This document shows positions 50,471-62,507 of a stretch of DNA of 64,000 nucleotides, one piece after another. Position numbers and translations under genes: made by a program. The stretch spans positions 186,001 through 250,000 of the forward strand of contig JAXGZF010000004.1 of the NCBI GenBank assembly GCA_040771865.1. The letters run 5' to 3'. Source of the stretch: Desulfobacterales bacterium. Lineage in GTDB: Bacteria; Desulfobacterota; Desulfobacteria; Desulfobacterales; UBA2245. Within the stretch, counting starts at the first letter, position 1; each line of letters starts with the position of its first letter. The notes under the pieces are model-generated. The model did not search any database. It had not been told where the DNA came from and saw only the letters and a list, made by a program, of their open reading frames with translations.

Positions 50471-50815
50471 ATGGCCGCTATGACGCCGGAGTCCGATATT
50501 CCCGATAAACTGTATTTCAAGATCGGAGAAGCCGCACAGATCGCAGGCGTTCCAACCTATGTGCTCAGATTCTGGGAGACGGAATTTCCCAGGATCAATC
50601 CCAAAAGGACGCCGTCGGGACAGCGGCTGTATCGAAGGCAGGACGTTGAACTGATTATGGAAATCAAACGCCTGCTGTATGAGAATAAATTCACCATTCA
50701 GGGTGCCAGGGAATATTTAAAAACAGCTACCCGAAAGAAAGAAGGGGAACGGCCGCATTGTTCCCTGAAGGATATTCAGAAAGAGCTGGAATCCATCCGG
50801 AAGCTGCTGTCCTGA
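50471..50815 (+). CDS. MerR family HTH protein
   Basis: IPDKLYFKIGE...VLRFWETEF...GQRLY...FTIQGA; usual neighbour of pheT. Confidence 0.9.
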   Translation: MAAMTPESDIPDKLYFKIGEAAQIAGVPTYVLRFWETEFPRINPKRTPSGQRLYRRQDVELIMEIKRLLYENKFTIQGAREYLKTATRKKEGERPHCSLKDIQKELESIRKLLS

Positions 50816-50923
50816 GACCTTGAGACTTTTTGCTTTCATTTCAAGTAATTTTTTGGCCAATCATCCTGAATGCTTTCCGCGGATGATGCTGTTGCGGCGA
50901 TGTTCAGGGGCTGTTTAAAGATA

Positions 50924-50952
50924 TTGACAAGAAAAATAAATGGTTTTATAGT
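50924..50952 (+). promoter_or_regulatory. Sigma-70 promoter of tRNA-Gly
   Basis: TTGACA-17 bp-TATAGT, 13 nt before the tRNA. Confidence 0.8.
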
Positions 50953-50965
50953 TGGCCAACAACGA

Positions 50966-51041
50966 GCGGGCATAGCTCAGCTGGTAGAGTACAAGCTTCC
51001 CAAGCTTGGTGTCGCGAGTTCGAATCTCGTTGCCCGCTCCA
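50966..51041 (+). tRNA. tRNA-Gly (CCC)
   Basis: 76-nt cloverleaf; anticodon arm CAAGC-TT-CCC-AA-GCTTG; ends TCCA. Confidence 0.98.
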
Positions 51042-51182
51042 GTTAGTAAGTCCGCCTTTTCTATGTAAGAGTAGAGCTGTTTTCAGCGTTGCTGGGATTT
51101 TATGGATGGAACGGCGATGATGATGGTGGGATGAACGGATAAGGCGCATCGATCTACTGAAAATCGATACATAGAGAAGAGG

Positions 51183-51205
51183 AAACGGGCGGTTGCCCGT
51201 TTTTT
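51183..51205 (+). terminator. Terminator-like hairpin between tRNA-Gly and rimP
   Basis: AAACGGGC-GGTT-GCCCGTTT-TTT. Confidence 0.65.
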
Positions 51206-51245
51206 ATTTGCAAAAACAGGGTGTATCGGGTTTGCAAGAATAGAT

Positions 51246-51791
51246 ATGCAGAAAAAACGATTGGGGAAAAAAAGAACGCCGCGAATCGCCGAGGCTCAAG
51301 GACAGGGAGCAGGGTCGTTTTTCAAGGATATAGCCGCTCAAGTCATGCGGTTGGCGGAACCATTGTGCGAATCCGAAGGAATCGAACTGGTTCATGTGGA
51401 GCATCAGGTTGAACAATCGGGGCGCACGCTGAGACTTTATATTGACAAGCCGGGCGGTGTGACACTGGATGATTGCGCGGTCATCAGCCGCCAGCTCGGT
51501 GATATTCTGGATGTCAATCTTGATACGGGAGGATCTTATCATCTGGAGGTATCGTCACCCGGCCCGGAACGTCCTTTGGGTAAAAAACAGGATTACGAGA
51601 GATTCAAGGGAAAGACCGTCAAGATCAGGACAATTCGCCCTGTGAATGACAGAAGGAATTTCCGAGGCGTGCTGATGGGCGTTTCAGAGGATGTGATAAT
51701 GGTCATGGTGAACGGAGAGAAGATCGCCATCCCTTTTGTGGAAATTGCCAGAGGACGCCTGACCTCAAATAACGGAGAAAACGGATGTTAA
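51246..51791 (+). CDS. rimP: Ribosome maturation factor RimP
   Basis: LRLYIDKPGGVTLDDC and YHLEVSSPG..RPL motifs; start uncertain. Confidence 0.95.
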   Translation: MQKKRLGKKRTPRIAEAQGQGAGSFFKDIAAQVMRLAEPLCESEGIELVHVEHQVEQSGRTLRLYIDKPGGVTLDDCAVISRQLGDILDVNLDTGGSYHLEVSSPGPERPLGKKQDYERFKGKTVKIRTIRPVNDRRNFRGVLMGVSEDVIMVMVNGEKIAIPFVEIARGRLTSNNGENGC

Positions 51792-53098
51792 TTACAGATA
51801 TCAAACGCGTTGTCGAACAGGTGAGCAAAGACAAGGGAATTGACCGTGCAGTGCTTATCAAGGCTCTTGAAGATGCGCTGCGTTCCGCGGCGCGAAGAAA
51901 ATACGGCAATAAAATCGATATCGAAGTTAAGTACAGCGAAGAAACCGGCGAGATAGAAGTTTTTCAGTTCAAAGAGGTGGTGGACAATATTACCGAACCG
52001 GATCTTCAGATCAGCCTGGAAGAGGGTCGGAAGCTGGACCCGGAGTGCGAGATCGGCGACAGCCTCGGCACCAAAATGGATACGGCGGCCTTTGGGCGGA
52101 TAGCGGCGCAATCCGCAAAACAGGTGATTATTCAAAAGATGAAAGATGCCGAACGTGATGCCGTTTTTTCCAATTTTATCGAGCGTAAAGGTGAGATCAT
52201 AAACGGAATTGTCCAGCGTTTTGAACGCAATGACATCATTGTGAATCTGGGCCAAACTGAGGGCTTGCTACCCCTGCGTGAGCAAATTCCAAAGGAGAGC
52301 TACCGCCGCGGCGACCGGATTCGAGCTTATATTCTGGATGTTTTGTACGAATCCCGTGGCCCCCAGATCGTTTTGTCCCGAACCCACCCGAATTTTCTGA
52401 TCAGCCTCTTTAAGACCGAGGTTCCCGAAATCGGCGAGGGAATCGTTCTTATCAAGGATGCCGCCAGAGAACCGGGCAGCCGGGCTAAAATCGCCGTTTC
52501 TTCCACGGATTCGGATATTGACCCCGTGGGGGCCTGCGTCGGAATGAAAGGCAGCCGGGTGCAGAATGTCGTTCAAGAGCTCAGGGGAGAGAAGATCGAC
52601 ATTATTTCCTGGCATGTGGATCCGGCCAAGTATGTATGCAACGCATTGTCTCCAGCGGAAATTTCCCGGGTGATCATCGATGAGGAAAATCATGCCATGG
52701 AAATTATCGTTCCCGATGAATCCTTGTCCGTTGCGATCGGAAAGCGAGGCCAGAACGTGAAACTGGCCTCCAAACTTACCGGATGGCGCTTGGATGTCAA
52801 GAGCGCCAGCACCTACGATCAGGCCTTGAAGTCCGGGTACGCTTCTCTGATGGAACTGCCTGGAATGTCCCAGAATCTGGTGGATAAACTGGCTGCCAGC
52901 GGATATTATTCCACGCGGGAACTGCGTCGGGCTACGGTGGATGATTTGGTTGAGATTACGGGCCTTACACCTGAACAGGCACAGGATTTTATTGAAGCGG
53001 CTGCTGCCAGGGCGGTAGAGGAATCCGAACCTGAAGAAAAAAACACTGAAGGCGAAAACGCTGAAGACTCAGAAGCTCCCAAAACCGAGGAGTCATGA
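51785..53098 (+). CDS. nusA: Transcription factor NusA
   Basis: FGRIAAQSAKQ, REPGSRAKIAV, DPVGACVG and AIGKRGQNV motifs. Confidence 0.98.
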   Translation: MLITDIKRVVEQVSKDKGIDRAVLIKALEDALRSAARRKYGNKIDIEVKYSEETGEIEVFQFKEVVDNITEPDLQISLEEGRKLDPECEIGDSLGTKMDTAAFGRIAAQSAKQVIIQKMKDAERDAVFSNFIERKGEIINGIVQRFERNDIIVNLGQTEGLLPLREQIPKESYRRGDRIRAYILDVLYESRGPQIVLSRTHPNFLISLFKTEVPEIGEGIVLIKDAAREPGSRAKIAVSSTDSDIDPVGACVGMKGSRVQNVVQELRGEKIDIISWHVDPAKYVCNALSPAEISRVIIDEENHAMEIIVPDESLSVAIGKRGQNVKLASKLTGWRLDVKSASTYDQALKSGYASLMELPGMSQNLVDKLAASGYYSTRELRRATVDDLVEITGLTPEQAQDFIEAAAARAVEESEPEEKNTEGENAEDSEAPKTEES

Positions 53099-53186
53099 TT
53101 CGTCGCCTTACACTGACGTGATAAATTATCTAAGTCGAATCGTGGGACAGTTCGGTTAATCAGCAAAGTGAAGCTAAGGGGGATGG

Positions 53187-55913
53187 ATGGCGAAGATCAG
53201 AGTATACGAGCTTGCCAGGGATCTCAATATGACGAACAAGGAGCTCCTCGAGAAGTTGATCGAGCTGGGTATTTCCGTGAACAGCCATATGAGCGCTCTG
53301 GAAGATGAGGACCTTAATAAGATCAGGGCCGATCTTCAAGGTGCGGATTCAAAAGATGTGGAAGTCAAGCGCGTTCAGCCGACAGTGATACGCAGGCGAA
53401 AAAAGCGGGTTGCTGAAGAAACTGAGGAGGCTGAAGCAGCCGTTGAGTCTGAGGCGGAATCTGCCGAGGATGCGGATATCGCTGAAAAAGCTGTTCCAGA
53501 TATCACTTTGGAGGTGGAGCCCGTTGTTGGGGAAATTTCTCAGCCAGAGCCTCAAGTCCAGCCATCTGCAAGCATGCTCGAGGAAGAACCGGCCCCGCCG
53601 GTCGAAGTACCGGAATCCATTCGAAAAGAGATGGTGGAATCAGGCATTGAAACCACCCACAAACCCGAGGCCGTACATGCGAAACCCCCTGCTGTGACCG
53701 TCGCGGTTGAAGAAGAAAAAATCGAACCGTCGACAGCTCCGACGAGACTGCCGAAAGCAAAGAAGAAAACCAGGAAAGATATGCCGGCAAAGATTATCAG
53801 CCTTCCTGAGCAGGTTGAGGAAAAACCGGTACCGCAGGAGCCCGAGCCGATTGTCCCACTGAGGGCTATTGATAAAGCGGCATTGCTCGAGCCTCAGGAG
53901 CCGGAGCCGGCAGAAGTGAAGGAGAAAGCGGTTCCCGAGGACAAAAAGAAGAAAAAGGGCAAAATTAAGGCTGATGTCGTAAAGATAGAGGAGGAAATTC
54001 GGGACAAGAAGATTCTCAAAAAGAAAGGGGCCTTCCGAAAGAAAGAAATCGTGGAAGGCGCGGATCTTTACGATGAGATTCCCCGCGGGCGAAAGGCCAA
54101 GAAGGGAGCGAAGCCTAAGCCGGTTTCCCAGGGAACTCAGATTACGACGCCCAAGGCGATCAAGCGGCGTGTGAAGATTGACGACAGTATTATTCTGGCT
54201 GACCTTGCCAAGCGCATGGGCATCAAGGCCGGTGAAATGATCAAAAAACTCATGTTGATGGGCGTAATGGCCACGGTCAACCAGACCATTGATTTTGACA
54301 CCGCCGCTCTGGTGGCTGCTGAGTTCGGATATGAGGTGGAAAGAGCTTCTTTTGAAGAGGAAACTTTTATACGGGTTGAACAGGATGATCCCGCAAAGCT
54401 GATGCCAAGGCCGCCGGTGGTGACCATTATGGGGCACGTCGATCATGGAAAAACCTCGTTGCTGGATGCGATTCGAAAGACCCGTGTCACAGAGGACGAG
54501 GCCGGAGGTATTACCCAGCATATCGGAGCTTATAATGTGGCGACCGAGAAGGGTCAGATCGTATTTCTGGACACACCGGGCCATGAAGCCTTTACGGCGA
54601 TGCGTTCAAGAGGTGCTCAGATTACGGATATCGTGGTTCTGGTCGTTGCCGCCGATGACGGCGTCATGCCTCAGACGCTCGAAGCCATCAATCATGCCAA
54701 AGCGGCTGGTGTCTCGATAATCGTGGCGATCAATAAGATCGATAAGCCCGGAGCGGATCCGGACAGAGTGTTGCGGCAGTTGTCCGAGGTCGGATTGACT
54801 TCCGAGGAATGGGGCGGCGATACCATTTTTGTAAAGGTTTCCGCCAAAAAGAAGCTGGGCATCAACGAGCTGCTCGATATGATACTGCTTCAGGCGGAAA
54901 TTATGGAGCTAAAGGCCAATCCTGACAAACTGGCTTCCGGGCATGTCGTTGAAGCCAAGATTGATGCGGGGCGGGGGCCGGTGGCAACCGTTCTGGTTGA
55001 GGAAGGAACGCTTCGGGTCGGGGATCCGGTCGTTTGCGGAATTCATTCCGGAAAAATCAGGGCCATGATCGGTGACCGGGGGAGCCTGGTGGAATCGGCC
55101 GGACCATCGATTCCCGTCGAGATTATCGGTCTTTCTGGAGTTCCCATGGCGGGGGATGATTTCGTTGCCCTCAACGACGAGAAGAATGCGCGCCAGATCA
55201 GTCTTCACAGAACCCAGAAGCTGCGGTCACAGGAATTGGCCAAGACAAGCCGCCTGAGCCTTGAAAAACTCTATGAGCGGATGCAGGAAGGCAAAATCAA
55301 GGACCTGAACATTATTATCAAGGCCGATGTTCATGGTTCGATCGAGGCTCTGGCCGATTCCCTGACCAAGCTCTCCAACGAGGAGGTTCAGATTCACATT
55401 ATTCATTCTGCCACGGGAACCATCTCCGAGTCCGACGTTTCTCTGGCCGCCGTGTCCAATGCCATCATTATCGGCTTCAATGTTCGGCCGAGTTCCAAGA
55501 TTCAGGATATGGCCGCCGAAGAACATGTGGACATGCGCTTTTATAACATCATCTACAATGTGATCAAGGACGTCAAGGATGCGATTGTGGGCATGATGGC
55601 CTCGACTTTCGAAGAGCGGATGATTGGCAAGGCCGCTGTCCGTGATGTTTTCCATGTTCCCAAGGTGGGCGCGGTTGCCGGATGCTATGTCACGGAAGGC
55701 AAATTGGAACGAGGCCGCCATGTTCGTCTGATACGGGACGGCATCGTTCAGTTCGAGGGCAAGATCGGCTCCCTTCGTCGGTTCAAAGACGACGTCAAGG
55801 AGGTTGCGGCCGGTTACGAGTGCGGCGTGGGCATTGAGAATTACAACGACATCAAGGTCGACGACGTTATGGAATGCTTTTATATGGAAGAAATCAAGCC
55901 CGAGTTTGAATGA
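53187..55913 (+). CDS. infB: Translation initiation factor IF-2
   Basis: [28 protein letters not shown] and [12 protein letters not shown] motifs. Confidence 0.98.
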   Translation: MAKIRVYELARDLNMTNKELLEKLIELGISVNSHMSALEDEDLNKIRADLQGADSKDVEVKRVQPTVIRRRKKRVAEETEEAEAAVESEAESAEDADIAEKAVPDITLEVEPVVGEISQPEPQVQPSASMLEEEPAPPVEVPESIRKEMVESGIETTHKPEAVHAKPPAVTVAVEEEKIEPSTAPTRLPKAKKKTRKDMPAKIISLPEQVEEKPVPQEPEPIVPLRAIDKAALLEPQEPEPAEVKEKAVPEDKKKKKGKIKADVVKIEEEIRDKKILKKKGAFRKKEIVEGADLYDEIPRGRKAKKGAKPKPVSQGTQITTPKAIKRRVKIDDSIILADLAKRMGIKAGEMIKKLMLMGVMATVNQTIDFDTAALVAAEFGYEVERASFEEETFIRVEQDDPAKLMPRPPVVTIMGHVDHGKTSLLDAIRKTRVTEDEAGGITQHIGAYNVATEKGQIVFLDTPGHEAFTAMRSRGAQITDIVVLVVAADDGVMPQTLEAINHAKAAGVSIIVAINKIDKPGADPDRVLRQLSEVGLTSEEWGGDTIFVKVSAKKKLGINELLDMILLQAEIMELKANPDKLASGHVVEAKIDAGRGPVATVLVEEGTLRVGDPVVCGIHSGKIRAMIGDRGSLVESAGPSIPVEIIGLSGVPMAGDDFVALNDEKNARQISLHRTQKLRSQELAKTSRLSLEKLYERMQEGKIKDLNIIIKADVHGSIEALADSLTKLSNEEVQIHIIHSATGTISESDVSLAAVSNAIIIGFNVRPSSKIQDMAAEEHVDMRFYNIIYNVIKDVKDAIVGMMASTFEERMIGKAAVRDVFHVPKVGAVAGCYVTEGKLERGRHVRLIRDGIVQFEGKIGSLRRFKDDVKEVAAGYECGVGIENYNDIKVDDVMECFYMEEIKPEFE

Positions 55914-55950
55914 GAACGCTGAGAAAAATATTCGAATCAGGCGGTGAGTC

Positions 55951-56238
55951 ATGGTCATCGGACTCGGAATGATGACGTTTCGTTTGCATGAGTGCAACAG
56001 CCTGAAAGCAAAGAGGAGTATTGTCAAATCGATCATCGGCCAGTTGCGGAATCATTTTAATGCATCCGTAGCCGAAGTGGGCGCCAATGACGTGTATCAG
56101 CGGGCGGAAATCGGCTTTTCCATGGTCGGCAACGATCGCCGGCTGATGAACGCGAAGATCGACAAGATATTTAATTTTGTTGAAGCGCTTGGATTGGCGG
56201 AATTGATCGATACGGACATGGAGATTATGAATATATGA
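55951..56238 (+). CDS. DUF503 (YlxP) family protein
   Basis: SLKAKRS...FNASVAEV; position between infB and rbfA. Confidence 0.88.
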   Translation: MVIGLGMMTFRLHECNSLKAKRSIVKSIIGQLRNHFNASVAEVGANDVYQRAEIGFSMVGNDRRLMNAKIDKIFNFVEALGLAELIDTDMEIMNI

Positions 56239-56612
56239 GGAATTTTTCCAGGTCCGACAGAGTGGCCGGATTGATCCAGCGGATCCTGTCCGGGTTGCTG
56301 GCCAAGGAAATCCGGGATCCTCGGCTTGAAATGATTGTTATTACCAGCGTGGATATGTCCGATGACCTGCGTAATGCGAGGATCTATTTTATCCCTTCTG
56401 GAGGGCGGCAGAACCGGGCTGCTGCCGAAAAAGGATTCAATGCGGCCCGTGGATATATCAAGCGAACCTTGGCGCGTGAACTTGGATTGCGCTATATGCC
56501 GGAAATCGAATTCTGTTTCGACGAATCATTTGATTACGGATCACGCATTGACGAGATTCTCAAATCCTTAGACACAGCCGATGGATCGGATCATCAGACA
56601 CCTGAAAAATAG
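56235..56612 (+). CDS. rbfA: Ribosome-binding factor A
   Basis: IRDPRL, DLRNARIY and LRYMPEIEF.FDES motifs. Confidence 0.96.
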   Translation: MRNFSRSDRVAGLIQRILSGLLAKEIRDPRLEMIVITSVDMSDDLRNARIYFIPSGGRQNRAAAEKGFNAARGYIKRTLARELGLRYMPEIEFCFDESFDYGSRIDEILKSLDTADGSDHQTPEK

Positions 56613-57624
56613 CCGTCATGTGCTTCTGGCTACCCATGTAAATCCGGATGGGGATGGTCTTGGATCCATGATTGCCCTGGGGCTGGTTCTGGATGAAATA
56701 GGACGACAGGTCACACTGTATAATGAAAGCCCTATTCCGGCGGTATTTTCTTTCCTTCCGAAGGTCGGTCGAATCGTAAGTGAAATAAAAGACTTTTGCG
56801 ATTATGACACCGCCGCGATTCTGGACTGCAGCGACCTTGGAAGGGTGGGAGAATCGGCTTCGGAGATCGAGCAGATTTCCACTGTGATTAACATTGATCA
56901 CCATATTACCAATTCGAATTTTGGTAATATGCAGCTGATTGTCCCGGATGCCTGTGCATCGGCTGAAATTGTTTACCGTCTGATTCGGCGCATGGGTGCT
57001 CGGATCGACAAAAACATCGCGATATCAATATATACCGGCATATTGACCGATACAGGTTCGTTTCGATTTGCCAATACCAACCGTGCGGCTTTTGAAATTT
57101 GTGAAGAAATGATTCAGATCGGGGTTGAGCCTTACATGGTTGCACAGAAAGTCTATGGCGCCTATTCACTGGGCAGGATCAAGCTTTTAAATCTGGCGCT
57201 GAACTCCATTGAGATATCTCCGAACCGGAAGCTGTCCATGATGACTCTGACTCAGAAAATGCTTGATGAAACCCATACCCGGTCGGAGGATATCGACGGA
57301 CTGATTCCCTATGCCATGGGAATTGCTGATATTCGCGTCGCGGTGCTTGTACGGGAACGCCATGATGCAAGCAAAATATACTCGAAACGCAAAAGATTTC
57401 ATGTCAGCCTTCCGGGTAAGGACTGGCATTATCCGGGGGAGGAGGGGGAATCGCTGAAAAAAAACCAGTTTGACGTCAGTCTGCGGTCTGATGGTACGGT
57501 CGATGTGGCTGAAATTGCTGCCCGTTTCGGTGGGGGCGGTCATTCCAGGGCAGCCGGGTTCAGTATCGAGACCTCTCTGGCGGATCTGAAGAAACAACTG
57601 TTCGAGCTTTCGGAAAGGTTTTGA
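56581..57624 (+). CDS. nrnA: DHH/DHHA1 phosphoesterase (NrnA-like)
   Basis: H.NPDGDGLGS, IDHH, TDTGSF and GGGGH..AAG motifs. Confidence 0.92.
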   Translation: MDRIIRHLKNSRHVLLATHVNPDGDGLGSMIALGLVLDEIGRQVTLYNESPIPAVFSFLPKVGRIVSEIKDFCDYDTAAILDCSDLGRVGESASEIEQISTVINIDHHITNSNFGNMQLIVPDACASAEIVYRLIRRMGARIDKNIAISIYTGILTDTGSFRFANTNRAAFEICEEMIQIGVEPYMVAQKVYGAYSLGRIKLLNLALNSIEISPNRKLSMMTLTQKMLDETHTRSEDIDGLIPYAMGIADIRVAVLVRERHDASKIYSKRKRFHVSLPGKDWHYPGEEGESLKKNQFDVSLRSDGTVDVAEIAARFGGGGHSRAAGFSIETSLADLKKQLFELSERF

Positions 57625-58544
57625 ATACAGCGGACTCAAATGCATGCAGCGGAATTCTGGTTATCGATAAGCCAGCGGATATGAGCTCGGCAAAGGTTGT
57701 GGCTCATATCAAAAAAATGACCCGGGTAAAAAAAGCGGGGCATGCCGGTACGCTGGATCCCTCTGCCACCGGCGTGCTGGTTTGCTGTCTCAACCAGGCG
57801 ACCCGGCTGGCGAGGTTTTTTCTGCACGGAGACAAAACGTACCGGGCCGAACTTTTTCTGGGGGTTGAGACCGATACTCAGGACAGAACGGGTCAGGTGG
57901 TTGCAAAACGTCCGGTTCTGTGCGATACGCAGGCCGTGCTTTCGACGCTTCGATCTTTTCAGGGCGTTCAGCAGCAGATACCACCGGTTTTTTCGGCTCT
58001 CAAACATCAGGGGTCGCCTTTATACCGGTGGGCCCGAAAGGGGCAATATATCGAAAAGAGCGCACGGGGAATAGAAATTTATTCCATTCTTGCGACGCAG
58101 ATCAGCCTGCCGCGGGTGAGATTTGAGGTGCGGTGTTCTTCGGGGACCTATATACGGACCTTGTGCGCCGATATCGGCGATGCCCTTGGATGCGGCGGAC
58201 ATCTGGCGGATTTGAGAAGACTCGGCAGCAGCCATTTTCGAATTCAGGAAGCTGTTTCATTAGCTGATCTGGATCAACTGGTTCAGACGGGCCGAATGGC
58301 GGAAAGGCTAATCCCGATGGCCGAGGCTCTAGCCTTCATGCCCGGGGTGGTCGCCGATGATGCGCTTAGGGAGCGGATTCTGAATGGCAAGCGCCTGGTT
58401 CTTGATGACATTCAGGGCCTGCCGAATGCATTCAGAAAAGGATATTTTAAGATTACGGATGCCGCAGGCCGTCTGCTTGCGGTGATGCGGGCCGAACCAG
58501 GATGCAGCGACTATCAATATGGTTGCGTTTTTCCGTATGAATGA
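57621..58544 (+). CDS. truB: tRNA pseudouridine-55 synthase
   Basis: GHAGTLDP, PPVFSALK and CSSGTYIRTL motifs. Confidence 0.96.
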   Translation: MNTADSNACSGILVIDKPADMSSAKVVAHIKKMTRVKKAGHAGTLDPSATGVLVCCLNQATRLARFFLHGDKTYRAELFLGVETDTQDRTGQVVAKRPVLCDTQAVLSTLRSFQGVQQQIPPVFSALKHQGSPLYRWARKGQYIEKSARGIEIYSILATQISLPRVRFEVRCSSGTYIRTLCADIGDALGCGGHLADLRRLGSSHFRIQEAVSLADLDQLVQTGRMAERLIPMAEALAFMPGVVADDALRERILNGKRLVLDDIQGLPNAFRKGYFKITDAAGRLLAVMRAEPGCSDYQYGCVFPYE

Positions 58545-58653
58545 AGTAAATACATAATCGGATTCAACTGGATTTCCGATCGAAAGTCCAAAGATGCACC
58601 GGGTCCGGTTATTTGAGGAACGTGAATTTATCAATAACAGGAGGCGAAAAAAA

Positions 58654-58923
58654 GTGGTTCTATCAGTGGAAAATAAAAAGGACTTAATTGGGCGGTTCAA
58701 GCTTCACGAAAGCGATACCGGATCTCCGGAGGTTCAGGTCGCCCTGCTGACCCATCGCATTGAATATTTGACCGAGCATCTCAAGGTCCATAAAAAGGAT
58801 CATCATTCCCGCAGGGGGCTCCTGATGCTGGTCGGGCGGCGCAGAAGACTCTTAAACTACGTGAAGACTAAGAATATTCAGAGATACCGCGGCATCATTG
58901 AGACGCTCGGGCTCAGGCGATAG
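58654..58923 (+). CDS. rpsO: 30S ribosomal protein S15
   Basis: [13 protein letters not shown] and [10 protein letters not shown] motifs. GTG start after AGGAGG gives 89 aa. Confidence 0.97.
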   Translation: MVLSVENKKDLIGRFKLHESDTGSPEVQVALLTHRIEYLTEHLKVHKKDHHSRRGLLMLVGRRRRLLNYVKTKNIQRYRGIIETLGLRR

Positions 58924-59131
58924 GCGATCGCCCAGCCGGAAGCCACTTGGGCTTCCTGCCGGCCATGGGCCGGCTGCAAGGATAGAGATGATCTCCCCTT
59001 GCATTTTTTACTCGACACGGTGACCGGGCGGAACAAAACGAAACGGACAAGCAGATCCGCTTTTGTAGGGATGCGGCGGTTTATGAACCGTGCGGCGAGT
59101 ATTTATTTTTTGAAAGTTTTTAGGAGAATAT

Positions 59132-61249
59132 ATGGAAATTTCGCTGAAAGCGGACATCGGGGACAGGACCCTGAGCATAAAAACAGGCAAGATTGCCAAA
59201 CAAGCTTCCGGCGCGGTCGTGGTGCAATACGGCGAAACCGTTGTTCTGGTTACCGTGGTGGCTGCAAATGAAGAAAGGGCGGGCATAGATTTTCTGCCGC
59301 TTTCCGTAGAGTATCAGGAAAAAATCTATGCTGCCGGCCGGATTCCCGGAAATTATTTCAGGCGTGAGATCGGAAGACCCAGTGAAAAGGAAACTTTGAC
59401 TGCCCGACTGATCGATCGCCCCATTCGTCCGCTTTTTCCAAAGGATTTCCGATGTGAAATTCAGGTCATTGCCACTGTTTTGTCCATGGATCAGGAAAAC
59501 GATGCAGATATTCTGGCCATGATCGGGGCTTCGGCGGCGCTTGAAATTTCGGATATTCCTTTCAGCGGTCCGGTTGCTGCGGTGCGCGTCGGCCGTATCG
59601 ACGGCAATTTCGTGGTCAATCCGTTGATATCGGAACTGGATAAAAGCGACATCAACATCATCGTAGCCGGGTCAAAAACCGGAGTGGTGATGGTGGAAGG
59701 CGGTGCCGACATCGTGAGCGAGGCCGATTTGCTCGAAGCGATCTTTTTCGGACACGATGCCATGCAGCCGCTGATTGAGATGCAGGAAAAGCTGAAGGAA
59801 AAGATCGGAGCTCTCAAGCGGGTCCACGTGCCGACCGAAAAAGACGTGGCCTTGGCGGAGAGGCTTGAATCCCTTGCTGCTGAAAGAATCCGGCGGACCA
59901 TTATCTCCATACCCGGAAAAATCGATCGCCAGAAAGCCCTGCGTGCGCTCAGAACGGAGATATTCGAGAGCCTGGGTGAAGAATATATGGACCGAAAGGG
60001 AGAGATTTCCGGCATTCTGGACGAGATTCAGAAGAAGATCTGCAGAGCCCTGGTTCTTAAAGAGGGTCGGCGCATTGACAACAGAAGGTTTGACGAGATT
60101 CGACCCATTACCTGCGAGGTGGGAATTCTGCCCAGACCGCATGGAAGTGCCCTGTTTACCCGTGGGGAAACTCAGGTGCTGGGCGTGTTGACCCTGGGGT
60201 CCGGCCCGGATGAACAGCGTGTGGAAACTCTCGGAGGGGAGGAAATGCGGCCGTTTATGCTGCATTACAATTTTCCGCCTTTTTCTGTGGGAGAGGTCAA
60301 GCGCATGACGGGACCGAGCCGAAGAGATATCGGGCACGGAGGCCTGTCGACCCGATCGATTGAAAAGGTTCTGCCTGCCAAGGAGGCATTTGATTATACG
60401 ATCCGCCTGGTGTCTGAAGTTCTCGAGTCCAACGGTTCCTCCTCCATGGGAACCGTATGCGCGTCGAGTCTGGCCCTGATGGATGGCGGTGTGCCGATCA
60501 AGGCGCCTGTGGCCGGCATCGCAATGGGACTGATCAAGGAAGGCGACCAGGTGGTGATTCTTTCCGATATTCTGGGCGATGAAGATCATACCGGAGACAT
60601 GGATTTCAAAGTCGCCGGCACCCGGGAAGGCGTCACCGCGCTTCAGATGGACATCAAGATTCTTGAACTTTCCCGCAGCATCATGGAAAAAGCCCTTGAA
60701 CAGGCGCGGACGGGTCGTCACTTTATTCTGGACAAGATGGCCTCCGTTTTGAACGAGCCGCGCAAGGAAATTTCTCCGTATGCGCCCAAGGTGACCAGCA
60801 TCAAGATCAACCCGGACAAGATACGGGATGTCATCGGGCCGGGAGGCAAGGTGATTCGCGGCATTCAGAGCGAAACCAACACCCGCATTGAAATCGAGGA
60901 CTCGGGTCTGGTCAAGATCGCCGCTTTTTGCCAGGAAGAAGCCGAGGCGGCCTTGCGGATCATAGAAGGCCTTACCAAGGAGGCCGAAGTGGGAGCTGTT
61001 TACGAAGGAACCGTTGTAAAAATCATGGATTTCGGCGCCTTTGTGCAGATTCTTCCCGGAACCGAAGGACTGGTTCACATTTCCCAACTGGCGATGCATC
61101 GGGTCAAAAACGTTACCGATGTTGTCAAGGAAGGCGACCGGTTGAAGGTCAAGGTGCTGGAAATTTCCAAGGACGGCAAGATTCGTCTCAGTCACCGGGC
61201 GATCCTGGAAGCGGAAAATGGTCCACGACCTCAAGATAAAAAAGACTGA
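59132..61249 (+). CDS. pnp: Polyribonucleotide nucleotidyltransferase
   Basis: [26 protein letters not shown] and [10 protein letters not shown] motifs; KH and S1 domains. Confidence 0.98.
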   Translation: MEISLKADIGDRTLSIKTGKIAKQASGAVVVQYGETVVLVTVVAANEERAGIDFLPLSVEYQEKIYAAGRIPGNYFRREIGRPSEKETLTARLIDRPIRPLFPKDFRCEIQVIATVLSMDQENDADILAMIGASAALEISDIPFSGPVAAVRVGRIDGNFVVNPLISELDKSDINIIVAGSKTGVVMVEGGADIVSEADLLEAIFFGHDAMQPLIEMQEKLKEKIGALKRVHVPTEKDVALAERLESLAAERIRRTIISIPGKIDRQKALRALRTEIFESLGEEYMDRKGEISGILDEIQKKICRALVLKEGRRIDNRRFDEIRPITCEVGILPRPHGSALFTRGETQVLGVLTLGSGPDEQRVETLGGEEMRPFMLHYNFPPFSVGEVKRMTGPSRRDIGHGGLSTRSIEKVLPAKEAFDYTIRLVSEVLESNGSSSMGTVCASSLALMDGGVPIKAPVAGIAMGLIKEGDQVVILSDILGDEDHTGDMDFKVAGTREGVTALQMDIKILELSRSIMEKALEQARTGRHFILDKMASVLNEPRKEISPYAPKVTSIKINPDKIRDVIGPGGKVIRGIQSETNTRIEIEDSGLVKIAAFCQEEAEAALRIIEGLTKEAEVGAVYEGTVVKIMDFGAFVQILPGTEGLVHISQLAMHRVKNVTDVVKEGDRLKVKVLEISKDGKIRLSHRAILEAENGPRPQDKKD

Positions 61250-62489
61250 GCTGGGCAACGGCATTCGAATCCTTGCCCAACGAATGCCGCACGTCCGGTC
61301 GGTTTCCATGGGGGTTTGGGCCAACGTGGGATCCCGGGATGAAACAGCGTTCGAAAACGGTCTGGCGCATATGATCGAACACATGATTTTCAAAGGGACG
61401 GCCAGCCGGACCGCTTTTGAGATCGCCAGACAGTTCGACGCCATCGGGGGTCAGACCAATGCGTTCACCACCATGGAAAACACCTGTTTTCATGCCAGGG
61501 TGCTGGATCAGCATGCGGACGTCATGGCGGACATCCTTTCGGATATTTTTTTAAATTCTCTTTTTGATCCTGAAGAGGTGGAGAAAGAACGACCGGTGAT
61601 TCTTCAGGAAATCGGCATGGTCGAAGACACGCCTGAAGAATTCGTCCATATGGTTCTGGGAGAAACCTTCTGGGCCGATCATCCGCTGGGGCGTTCGATT
61701 CTGGGAAGCCGCGACAACGTTCAGGGGTTTGATTCCAAAGCCATTCATGATTTTTTCCGCCAGCGCTACCGGCCGAAACGCATTCTCATTACTGCATCCG
61801 GAAACCTGGATCCGGAACGCTTCGCGGAGCGGATGTCGCCTGCGTTTGAAAATATTCCGGCAAACGGCGATTTTCCCGAGCGACTCAGAGCCAGCAGCCG
61901 ATCCTTCGTGCGGGTGGTTCCGAAAGATCTGGAACAGGTTCATATCTGCGTGGCAGGCCACGGAGTTTCTGTAGCCGATCCAAGAAGATACGCTTTGATG
62001 CTCCTGAGCACCCTGCTGGGGGGCAACATGAGTTCCCGCCTTTTTCAGGAAATCCGCGAGCGCCGGGGGCTGGCTTATTCGGTGTATTCTTTTGTAAATT
62101 CCTTTGAAGATGCAGGAATGCTCGGTGCTTATGCGGCAGTCGGGCCCGGCGACGTTCGAGAAACACTGGAACTGATTCTGGCCGAGACGGAGAAATTCAC
62201 TCGAAGGCCGGTTGAATCTGCGGAATTGGCCGATGCAAAGGAATATCTCAAGGCGGGAATGATTCTGGCTTCTGAGAGTTCGGACAACGAGATGGTGCGC
62301 ATGGCCCAGAATGAGATTCATTTTCAGCGCCATGTTCCTCAAGAAGAGGTGCTGGAAAATCTTTACGCGGTCACTGCAGATGATCTTCTTGAGCTGGCGC
62401 AAGAGATCTTTCGTCCGGACGAAACCGCCCTGACACTGCTGGGTCCTGTGCCGGGGCACTGCGATTTCTCAAGCTTCCTGAATGGATAG
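61218..62489 (+). CDS. M16 family zinc peptidase
   Basis: HMIEH inverted zinc motif, NAFT and [16 protein letters not shown]. Confidence 0.93.
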   Translation: MVHDLKIKKTELGNGIRILAQRMPHVRSVSMGVWANVGSRDETAFENGLAHMIEHMIFKGTASRTAFEIARQFDAIGGQTNAFTTMENTCFHARVLDQHADVMADILSDIFLNSLFDPEEVEKERPVILQEIGMVEDTPEEFVHMVLGETFWADHPLGRSILGSRDNVQGFDSKAIHDFFRQRYRPKRILITASGNLDPERFAERMSPAFENIPANGDFPERLRASSRSFVRVVPKDLEQVHICVAGHGVSVADPRRYALMLLSTLLGGNMSSRLFQEIRERRGLAYSVYSFVNSFEDAGMLGAYAAVGPGDVRETLELILAETEKFTRRPVESAELADAKEYLKAGMILASESSDNEMVRMAQNEIHFQRHVPQEEVLENLYAVTADDLLELAQEIFRPDETALTLLGPVPGHCDFSSFLNG

Positions 62490-62507
62490 ATCAGAAAGAG
62501 CGATGGC

